A stretch of DNA of 37,365 nt from an uncultured Bacillales bacterium (GTDB lineage: Bacteria; Bacillota_I; Bacilli_A; RF39; UBA660), in assembly GCA_946629545.1 (NCBI GenBank), contig CAMOXZ010000003.1, forward strand, positions 1-37,365. The letters are read 5' to 3'. A program made the position numbers and the translations under genes. Shown here piece by piece: positions 29,893 to 37,365 of the stretch. Under the pieces are notes generated by a model. The model did no database searches. It was given only the letters and a program-made list of their open reading frames with translations, and was not told the origin of the DNA. Numbering within the stretch: position 1 is the stretch's first letter; the number at the start of each line of letters is the position of its first letter.

Positions 29893-31806
29893 TTAAACTG
29901 TTTGAACTACTGCTTGTTGTTGAACATTATTTCTTATTCTATCTAATATATTTCTATTAGTTAAAATTCTGTGATTTCCACTAACTGTTACTCTAGAATT
30001 ATTTAATTTCTCACAAATACTTCTATTAAACTCAGATTTACTTTCAAATCTATTAGCTCTAAAATCATAAAAAGCAGCTCTTATTCCACTAAACATACCA
30101 TCTAATTGTCTTTCTGTTTCAGCCATCTTTTTATAATCTTCTGAATATTCTTTAAATACATCTGCTCTAGCATCAAAATGTCTACTCATAGTTCCTTTTC
30201 TTTGTTCAAATGCTAATTTAGGAACCATTATTTTCTTTTGTTTACCAACTATTTTTACTTTTGCTTTTTTAAGTTTATTAACTTTTTCAGTTCTCTTTTG
30301 AATCTTTTTATCAACTATCTTCTTACGTAATCTAGAAGTTAATTGTCCTTTTAATTCTTTTAATTCCTTTAAATCTTTTTCTAATTGAATTATCTTTTCA
30401 GTTTTCTTATTATATGATTTATCTAATCCTTCAATAAACTTATTATTGTTATATTCTGCATCTATATCTTTTAATTTTTCTATCTCTTTTTCTAATTCTT
30501 TTACTTTGATATCATAATGGGTACTTAATAATTTAGATTTCTCACCCTTACTAGCATACTTAGATTTTTTAGCATCTACAGCTTTAACTCTATCATTAAC
30601 TAATGAACTATATGCTGAAACATGTGGATTATTAAAGATCATAGTATCATTACCAGAATACTTACTTTGTAATCTCTTATTTAATTCAGCATTCTTAATT
30701 TTTCCAATAGCCTCATTAATTTGATCAATATTATCAATATTACTTACATTCTTAGAAATAACTTCCTCTACTATAGCATAATATCTATTACGTACATTCT
30801 CATCTAAAGTAGAATATCCACCATCTAATATACCTATAATAGTAGATAATTCTTCTAATTTAATACCTATATTTTTATTTGAAATACCAGTAGTTTTCTT
30901 ATCAACATCATTTCTTAATATATAGTTATCATTAGGAATACCATTGATAGTATTTACTACTGTCTCTCTTTTACTTTCATCTTCATATAACTTATTAGCA
31001 TTAGAACATAATATATTTAAATAACCATTATATTCTTCAGCTGTCACATCCATAGAAGACATTTTACTTGCTAAACTAGTAAATCCATCTAAATTCATTT
31101 GAACATCTAGTTTTTCATATTTTTTACTTAAATCATATGATAATTCATAATTACTAACATTATCAAGTTTTATAACTTCAGAATAATCCCCTATACTAGC
31201 AAATAATTTATCAACTAATTCTAAAGAATCTTCTTTAACTCTTCTATATTCATCTAAATCACTTATATTTAATGAATCTAAGACACTAATAGCTTCAGTA
31301 ACTAAACTAACTTTTTTTACTGATTCTTCCCCTAAAGAATTAATTTCACTAACTAAATCATTAAATTTATCTAATTGATCACTATCTAACTGATAATACT
31401 TTAATGTAGGATTAACATTTTCAATACCAGGTACTGCCTCTAAATCTTCTTCTACATTAAAACTTAAAAGTTCAGCCATTTCTTTTCTAATTTGGTATCT
31501 TCTAGTCTCTGCATTAGGTATTTGAGCAACTAAACTTCTATATTGATCATACTCTTCTTGAGTAAGATTATAAAAACTAATATCTACACTCTCTATACCA
31601 GCAAAATCATTCTTCATATATTCAGCATTTGTATCTAGTTTTAATAGCTTAGCTATTTCATATCTAATAGTAACTAATTCTAAATATTTAATTTCTTTTT
31701 CTAAACTATCAATAACTCGTGTATCTATACTAGGATTTGCAGATAGTTCACTTAAAAGATTTCTCTTTTTGTCTAATAATAATTCAATGACATCTATATT
31801 AAACAT
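29893..31806 (-). CDS. Hypothetical coiled-coil protein with an internal ~58-aa duplication and a Lys-rich C-terminal third
   Basis: 637-aa ORF with a GGAGGAG RBS; no recognisable family. Confidence 0.8.
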   Translation of the reverse strand: MFNIDVIELLLDKKRNLLSELSANPSIDTRVIDSLEKEIKYLELVTIRYEIAKLLKLDTNAEYMKNDFAGIESVDISFYNLTQEEYDQYRSLVAQIPNAETRRYQIRKEMAELLSFNVEEDLEAVPGIENVNPTLKYYQLDSDQLDKFNDLVSEINSLGEESVKKVSLVTEAISVLDSLNISDLDEYRRVKEDSLELVDKLFASIGDYSEVIKLDNVSNYELSYDLSKKYEKLDVQMNLDGFTSLASKMSSMDVTAEEYNGYLNILCSNANKLYEDESKRETVVNTINGIPNDNYILRNDVDKKTTGISNKNIGIKLEELSTIIGILDGGYSTLDENVRNRYYAIVEEVISKNVSNIDNIDQINEAIGKIKNAELNKRLQSKYSGNDTMIFNNPHVSAYSSLVNDRVKAVDAKKSKYASKGEKSKLLSTHYDIKVKELEKEIEKLKDIDAEYNNNKFIEGLDKSYNKKTEKIIQLEKDLKELKELKGQLTSRLRKKIVDKKIQKRTEKVNKLKKAKVKIVGKQKKIMVPKLAFEQRKGTMSRHFDARADVFKEYSEDYKKMAETERQLDGMFSGIRAAFYDFRANRFESKSEFNRSICEKLNNSRVTVSGNHRILTNRNILDRIRNNVQQQAVVQTV

Positions 31807-31815
31807 ATACTCCTC

Positions 31816-32082
31816 CTATTGATTCATTAATAAGTCTAATTCTTCTTCTGCCTTTTCTTCTACCCTTTTTAATTCTTCTTCATTAGTAATTGCTTCAAAT
31901 CTATATTCGTCTCCAGAAATCTGATGAACTATAGAAACATATGTAACTATATTGTCCCCTTCTTCTTCATTTTTAGTATATAAAACGTATTCATGATTAT
32001 ATTCTTCCAATTGAAAGAAATCTAATACTTCTACTTCTTCCAACTCCCCTGATTCATTATAAACCTTTATTCTATTACTCAT
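31816..32082 (-). CDS. DUF1292 domain protein
   Basis: Small acidic protein: NESGELEEVEVLDFF....EYVLY...AIT.EEE...VE. Confidence 0.75.
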   Translation of the reverse strand: MSNRIKVYNESGELEEVEVLDFFQLEEYNHEYVLYTKNEEEGDNIVTYVSIVHQISGDEYRFEAITNEEELKRVEEKAEEELDLLMNQ

Positions 32083-32131
32083 AATCACACCTCTATTTTA
32101 ATTATACAAAATATTTTTATAAATTAAAAGC

Positions 32132-32152
32132 AAAAGAGCCTAATGGCTCTTT
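32132..32152 (-). terminator. Terminator after rpmA
   Basis: aaagagcc/ggctcttt stem. Confidence 0.65.
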
Positions 32153-32159
32153 AAATCTA

Positions 32160-32450
32160 TTATTCTGCTATTGGATATACAGAAGCTTGTGTTTTATCTC
32201 TTCCTAAACGTTCAAATTTAACGATTCCATCAACTGTTGTATAAATAGAATCATCATTTCCACGTCTTGTATTAGTACCAGGGAATACCTTAGTACCTCT
32301 TTGACGATATATAATTGAACCAGCTGTTACGAATTCTCCATCAGCTGCTTTAGCTCCAAGTCTACGTCCTGCAGAATCACGACCATTAGATGTTGATCCT
32401 TGCCCTTTGTGGTGAGCAAATAATTGAATATCTAATTTTAAAAACTTCAT
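32160..32450 (-). CDS. rpmA: 50S ribosomal protein L27 with a Prp-cleaved N-terminal extension
   Basis: LKLDIQLF|[20 protein letters not shown]; [10 protein letters not shown]. Confidence 0.97.
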   Translation of the reverse strand: MKFLKLDIQLFAHHKGQGSTSNGRDSAGRRLGAKAADGEFVTAGSIIYRQRGTKVFPGTNTRRGNDDSIYTTVDGIVKFERLGRDKTQASVYPIAE

Positions 32451-32461
32451 AATTCTCCTCC

Positions 32462-32761
32462 TTACATAACCTTAATATTTGTTGGATACTTTTCTTCCAA
32501 CTCTTTTAAAAGACTAACCATATTATGAATTAATGTATTAGTATTACTTCCATTTATATTAGAAATAATTACACCATCTTCATTAACTTCATAACTAAGA
32601 CTATCCTTATCTAGTGCAATACAACCATTTATTGTTGTAGTAACTATACTACTTACTGCACTACATACTATATCTTTACCATAATCAGCATACATAGCAT
32701 GACCAATTATAGCTACTTTTTTATATAAATCTTTTTCTTTTACAACTTCTACTTTAATCAT
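32462..32761 (-). CDS. prp: Ribosomal-processing cysteine protease Prp
   Basis: [15 protein letters not shown]; located between rplU and rpmA. Confidence 0.95.
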   Translation of the reverse strand: MIKVEVVKEKDLYKKVAIIGHAMYADYGKDIVCSAVSSIVTTTINGCIALDKDSLSYEVNEDGVIISNINGSNTNTLIHNMVSLLKELEEKYPTNIKVM

Positions 32762-32763
32762 AA

Positions 32764-33066
32764 TTAACCATTAATTTTAGTAATTTTAATTTTAGTATAA
32801 GGTTGTCTATGTCCTTGAGTCACACGGTTAGATCTATCTTTACTCTTATATTTGAAGATTTTAATCTTCTTAGCTTTACCATTCTTAAGAACTTCTCCTT
32901 GAACAGTAACACCAGTTAAGTAAGGATTTCCAACTTTAGAGTCAAGCATTAATACTTGGTCAAAACTTACTACATCTCCAGCTTCACAGTTTAATTTTTC
33001 TACGAAAATTTCACTACCTTCAGTAACATAGTATTGTTTTCCACCAACTTTAACAACTGCTTTCAT
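32764..33066 (-). CDS. rplU: 50S ribosomal protein L21
   Basis: GGKQY.V..G..I.VEKL; QGHRQPYTKIKI. Confidence 0.97.
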   Translation of the reverse strand: MKAVVKVGGKQYYVTEGSEIFVEKLNCEAGDVVSFDQVLMLDSKVGNPYLTGVTVQGEVLKNGKAKKIKIFKYKSKDRSNRVTQGHRQPYTKIKITKING

Positions 33067-33089
33067 ATAATACCTCCTTTTTTTAACTT

Positions 33090-33160
33090 AAGACTCGCTC
33101 TTAAGGTACACAAAAGTGTTTTTACCTTCTCAATGCGGTTTGAGCATGAGGCGTCAAACA
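33090..33160 (-). ncRNA. Ribosomal protein L21 leader
   Basis: GC-richer 5' UTR of rplU with CCGCA ... aaggta/tacctt hairpin ... GCGAGTC, as in Firmicute L21 leaders. Confidence 0.75.
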
Positions 33161-33165
33161 TATAG

Positions 33166-33194
33166 ATTATAACATTTATATACTTATATGTCAA
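33166..33194 (-). promoter_or_regulatory. Consensus sigmaA promoter of the rplU operon
   Basis: TTGACA-N17-TATAAT with an extended -10 TG. Confidence 0.85.
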
Positions 33195-33203
33195 CAAATT
33201 CTA

Positions 33204-35042
33204 TTAATCTATTTTATATGTTTTACTCTTTAAAATAGACTTAATACTTTCAATTTCATCATTACTCAAAATACCATCTTTAAGTATAGCTTTAAATAAA
33301 TCATTTATATCGAAATTTTTAGAAGTAATATTTCTAGCTACTCTGTTTTTAGAAATGATTACTCCATTGAAATTTAACGAATTTCTAGTAATAGAATTTT
33401 CTCCTACAATTCTAGCCAAATCAGTATCATAATCTATTCCTAAACCATCATAATACTTTGAAACATCTTCTATATATAAATATAATTTATCATCTGAAAC
33501 AAAGAATTTATCATCTCTTAAATATTTAAGTAATTCACTCTTACTTTCAGGTTTTAATCCCATATTCTTCAATACATAAATTCTATCCCAATTCTTTTCA
33601 TTTAATAAAGAAATATCTTCTATTAATAAATCTTCATAACCTAATTCTATTATTTTATCAATTTTATTACATAGATAATTACTATTTAAAAACGTATATT
33701 TCTTATCAGCCTTTAAACTACCAATAAGTCCATAACTATCTAATACCTCTAAATTTTCTTCTAAATTAATATTATCAATTAAGGCCTCTGGATTTTTACT
33801 AAATACTGTAAAATCAAAATTATAATTATTTATAGTTTCTATATTTTTATCTAATACTTTTCTTAATACACTATTACTATCAAATATTTCTGAATAATTT
33901 AAAAATGCTTTAGTACTTAAAATACCTCTTGTTTTTAATTCTTTAAAATACATAACATTTTCTAAATTACTATTCTCTATAATTTTAATAACAATTTCTT
34001 TATTACCAACAATAGCATTAAGTATTTTAAGCATTTTATCTAAATCTTCACATGTATTTTTACTTACTTTAATTAAATCAACTTCATCTTTCTTAATACC
34101 ATTACTCTTTAATGTAGATAAATAATTAACTAAAGAGTTTTTAGATAAACTTTCATATTCAACATCTATTTCTTCATATTTAATTCTATTATGTTGATAT
34201 ACAAGTCTTAAAAATTCTCTTTTTATATTTTCATCATCTATATCACGAATAATATTAGCATAGTTAGTAATTTCTTCTTTTTGAAAAGCAGCATCCATTT
34301 CTCTTAAGAATTTTTTATATGTAGAAATCTTACTTCTATATACAGCTTCTCTTTTTTTCCATTCATCACTTTGTATTCTACTGCATTCAATGATTTTTTC
34401 ACATAAAGAAAGAATATTTTTAATATTTTGACTATTTAATAATTCTTTACTAATAACACCTTTTTTTCTCTTAACTTCCGCTAAATCTTTAAGTACACTA
34501 ATTGATTCAGTAGCATTACTACAAGCAAATCTGTCTTTTTTATAATACTCTATTAATCCTGATGCATCCCAACCATATTTTCCATTATTCATAAGTACTT
34601 TTTCAATATGATGATATGCATCTTCAGCATCTTCTATATTAGTAGAATGTTCAAAAACTCTTTTTATTTCATTTGCAGCACGTTTTTTATTAGTATCATT
34701 AAATATATCAACTAAAATCTTTGATCTACCTGCATTAATAAAGCCTAAAAAGAAATGACTCATATCAGATATTTCATCTGCATTTAATTCTTCATATATA
34801 AATCTAGCTTTATATATATTATTATAGAAATCATTAAAATCCTCTCTAACCTCAAATACTGAATATAATAAAGCAATAACTAACTCAATATATGGTATTT
34901 TAATTATTTCATTAATATTTTTAAGTTTATAATTCTTAACAAAATCAGCATAAAACTTATATTCCTTAGGAGGATTTTCTATTGTCTTATTTAATGAATC
35001 TATTCTTCTATTAACTTCATCATATAATTCTTGCTTAGTCAT
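33204..35042 (-). CDS. Hypothetical helical protein with ~30-aa repeats (mTERF-like)
   Basis: ATG at 35042 overlaps the upstream TAA (TAATG) with a GAAGGGGG RBS. Periodic L..L...G[ILY] motif in the C-terminal half. Confidence 0.75.
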   Translation of the reverse strand: MTKQELYDEVNRRIDSLNKTIENPPKEYKFYADFVKNYKLKNINEIIKIPYIELVIALLYSVFEVREDFNDFYNNIYKARFIYEELNADEISDMSHFFLGFINAGRSKILVDIFNDTNKKRAANEIKRVFEHSTNIEDAEDAYHHIEKVLMNNGKYGWDASGLIEYYKKDRFACSNATESISVLKDLAEVKRKKGVISKELLNSQNIKNILSLCEKIIECSRIQSDEWKKREAVYRSKISTYKKFLREMDAAFQKEEITNYANIIRDIDDENIKREFLRLVYQHNRIKYEEIDVEYESLSKNSLVNYLSTLKSNGIKKDEVDLIKVSKNTCEDLDKMLKILNAIVGNKEIVIKIIENSNLENVMYFKELKTRGILSTKAFLNYSEIFDSNSVLRKVLDKNIETINNYNFDFTVFSKNPEALIDNINLEENLEVLDSYGLIGSLKADKKYTFLNSNYLCNKIDKIIELGYEDLLIEDISLLNEKNWDRIYVLKNMGLKPESKSELLKYLRDDKFFVSDDKLYLYIEDVSKYYDGLGIDYDTDLARIVGENSITRNSLNFNGVIISKNRVARNITSKNFDINDLFKAILKDGILSNDEIESIKSILKSKTYKID

Positions 35043-35998
35043 TATTTGCATCCCCCTTCTTCATTTACTTTACTACTAGATAATATAGCAAATAATTTTT
35101 CTTCTAATTGGTTATTCTTTAATATAAAGTCTTGATCTTTAATCTTTTCTTTTAATTCTTTTTCCATTGATTTAAACTCTGTATATCTATTTATTAGAGT
35201 GAAACGATATTCATTATTATTTTGAGTTTTCTTCATAAACATTGATACTATACCATAACAATCCTTAGATAATCTTTGGAACACTACACGTATTTGATGC
35301 CCTTTAACTTCAATAGCACCATTTAAACTTTTATTATTAGTAAATCTACGGATATTCTTAAAAGTACCATTTTTTATAGATTCAAACAATTCTAAGAACC
35401 CCGCATATTCTTCTTGAGGAATACTTTTTAACTCATCAAAAATACGAAACTCTTCAGTACCTTTAATTGGTAAAAATATAAGAGTATTTTGTTTATTATT
35501 ATCTATTTCATCTTCTTCATATAATAATATTTCTCTTAAAGTATCTCTCTTATTAGTTAAAGATAATAACTCTTCTTTATATTCTTCTAAATCATCTTTA
35601 TCCATAACAGAATCGCTAATAATAATTTCTCTTATATCTTTAATATCATGTGTAATCTCAGCCATAATACGTAGAACTATTCTCTCATAATGATAATTAC
35701 TACGAGATGGAAGAACATCTTCTATAGATTCTTTATCATATACTTTTAAATCAATGAAATCTGATAAATAGAATTCTACTTCTTTATTAAAATCATCATC
35801 ACACTCTACTACATCAATATTATTCTCTGAAATAACATCTTCAAATGTATCTCTCTTAACAATTTTCGTAGATTCAATAGCACTTCTTAGTTTTTTAATT
35901 TCTTCCCTTTTCTTATCTGCAGATATTCTTTTTGCATCCAAAAAACTAAGTATTTCATCAACACTCATATCTTCCATATTATTAAAATCAATACTCAT
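35042..35998 (-). CDS. Hypothetical protein: acidic helical N-terminus plus C-terminal RelE/ParE/HigB(Gp49)-like domain
   Basis: NIRRFTNNKSLNGAIEVKGHQIRVVFQRLSKDCYGIVSMFMKKTQN matches the pattern ..G..ELR....R..F......L..F.KKTQK. Confidence 0.7.
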   Translation of the reverse strand: MSIDFNNMEDMSVDEILSFLDAKRISADKKREEIKKLRSAIESTKIVKRDTFEDVISENNIDVVECDDDFNKEVEFYLSDFIDLKVYDKESIEDVLPSRSNYHYERIVLRIMAEITHDIKDIREIIISDSVMDKDDLEEYKEELLSLTNKRDTLREILLYEEDEIDNNKQNTLIFLPIKGTEEFRIFDELKSIPQEEYAGFLELFESIKNGTFKNIRRFTNNKSLNGAIEVKGHQIRVVFQRLSKDCYGIVSMFMKKTQNNNEYRFTLINRYTEFKSMEKELKEKIKDQDFILKNNQLEEKLFAILSSSKVNEEGGCK

Positions 35999-36027
35999 AT
36001 ATTTTCCCCCTTTAAATAATGCTCTAT

Positions 36028-36056
36028 ATTATATCATAAAACCCTTATTTTTTCAA
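36028..36056 (-). promoter_or_regulatory. SigmaA promoter for the two-gene unit
   Basis: TTGAAA-N17-TATAAT with an extended TG. Confidence 0.7.
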
Positions 36057-36057
36057 T

Positions 36058-36086
36058 AAAAAAAGCATAAATTAATATTTATGCTT
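36058..36086 (-). terminator. Terminator after addA
   Basis: aagcataaat/atttatgctt stem with a T-run. Confidence 0.65.
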
Positions 36087-37365
36087 CTACTTCTCTTACT
36101 CTTTCATCAAGTATTGAATATAAATAACAATAAGTCTTTTTACCAGTTTTATTTTCAATATATTTTCTATATCCATTAAGTTGCTTATCATAAGCTTCAT
36201 CATCAATACCCTTTAATTTATAATCAACAATAATCATTTTATCAGTATCTTCAAGTAATAAATCTATAATTCCATGAGATAAAGTATTATCTTCTTCATA
36301 TAAAAATTCATATTCTTTATACATATTAAGATTTAACTTATCTTTCATAAAATCACTATTAATAAAATTAATTATCTTATTCTTAACATAATCATCAATA
36401 TTATATAAATCTAAATTATAATTATTAAAATCAATTAATTCTAAAATAGAATGAACCAAAGTACCAAAATCCATTATTTTTCTTTCATCTTCACTAATAA
36501 TATGTAACTTATCTTTAGAATAATGAACCTCTTCAATTTTCTCAGATACTATATTTATCTCATTTACAATATCTAACTCTTCACTAGAATCTAGTGTATT
36601 AGGATTTGTATTTATATTTTGATACTCTCTAGATCCTACAATATCAACTTCTTTTACATAACCCAATAAATTAGAATAAATACTCTTTATGATACTTAAA
36701 AATGAGTTATATTTTTCTTTTCTATAACTAGGAACTTCAACTGTTTCTAATTCTTCTTCTATATTAGGAATTACTATAATCATTTTTTCTCTAGCTCTAG
36801 TTAAAGCTACATATAAAAGTCTAATTCTTTCACTTATTTCTTCACGTCTTGTTTTTTTCTTAATTAATGTTTTTAATATAGTATCTTTATAGTATTCATC
36901 TACTTTAGGAACTACTATTCCATACTCATTATCAAATACTATTTTTTCTTTTAATTCTGATAAATTAAACCTACTATAGAATCCTCCAAAATAACATATA
37001 GGAAATTCCAATCCCTTAGACTTATGAATAGTCATAATTCTAATACTATTAGAATCACTACTATTAGTATTAAATTTTAAATCATAATCATTTTCAAATA
37101 TTTCATTTAAGTAATCTACAAAATCATATATAGTAATACCTTCATCTTCCATATTCTTAGCTAAATTATATAAGTATTCTGCACGTATTCTATATGATTT
37201 TATATTATTTATAGTAAGTAATTTTTCTTCATAATTAAATTCATCTAATACATATCTTAAATAACTACTTACATTCATTACATCCATAGAATCTATTAAT
37301 TTTAAACACTTTTTATATAAGTCTGTTTCTTTATAACTATTATTTACATAAATAGAATAAATTTC
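36079..37365 (-). CDS. addA: AddA-like helicase-nuclease, C-terminal part (frame open to window edge)
   Basis: MTIHKSKGLEFP; E.IRLLYVALTRAREK; GT.VH; RecB-family nuclease GIIDLL...IVDYK...QL..Y. Confidence 0.88.
   Translation of the reverse strand, partial: EIYSIYVNNSYKETDLYKKCLKLIDSMDVMNVSSYLRYVLDEFNYEEKLLTINNIKSYRIRAEYLYNLAKNMEDEGITIYDFVDYLNEIFENDYDLKFNTNSSDSNSIRIMTIHKSKGLEFPICYFGGFYSRFNLSELKEKIVFDNEYGIVVPKVDEYYKDTILKTLIKKKTRREEISERIRLLYVALTRAREKMIIVIPNIEEELETVEVPSYRKEKYNSFLSIIKSIYSNLLGYVKEVDIVGSREYQNINTNPNTLDSSEELDIVNEINIVSEKIEEVHYSKDKLHIISEDERKIMDFGTLVHSILELIDFNNYNLDLYNIDDYVKNKIINFINSDFMKDKLNLNMYKEYEFLYEEDNTLSHGIIDLLLEDTDKMIIVDYKLKGIDDEAYDKQLNGYRKYIENKTGKKTYCYLYSILDERVREVEA

Noticed and set aside
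29757-29960. 67-aa plus-strand ORF
   Set aside because: Antisense to the obgE start; no supporting signals
32418-32450. N-terminal extension on L27
   Set aside because: Normal Firmicute feature removed by the adjacent Prp protease

Overview
A very AT-rich chromosomal segment (roughly a quarter GC by eye) from a low-GC Firmicute. Gene style and content suggest a genome-reduced member of the Bacilli, e.g. an RF39-like uncultured gut lineage; that assignment is inference. Almost all genes are on the minus strand. The housekeeping backbone is addA (partial), L21 leader-rplU-prp-rpmA, obgE, yebC, ruvAB-queA-tgt, pilC-prepilin peptidase, dnaB, PMM/PGM, helD, mtaB and recD2. Sporulation genes are interspersed: spoIIGA (partial, missed by the ORF track), spoIVB, spoVB, a YqfQ-like gene and an unannotated 45-aa ORF behind a sigmaG-like promoter. 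Several uncharacterised accessory genes interrupt the conserved order. The best candidates for novel biology are: (1) a translationally coupled pair encoding a coiled-coil plus RelE/HigB-like protein and a protein with ~30-aa mTERF-like helical repeats; (2) an ORF6N-PLD-like gene with a perfect 27-bp palindrome inside its DNA-binding-domain coding sequence and a LexA-like box in its promoter; (3) a methyltransferase-like gene paired with a wHTH-TPR-R3H-TPR protein; (4) a degenerate sigma-factor-like gene beside helD. I found no tRNA, rRNA, CRISPR array or transposase. All domain calls come from motif recognition by eye, not from database searches.
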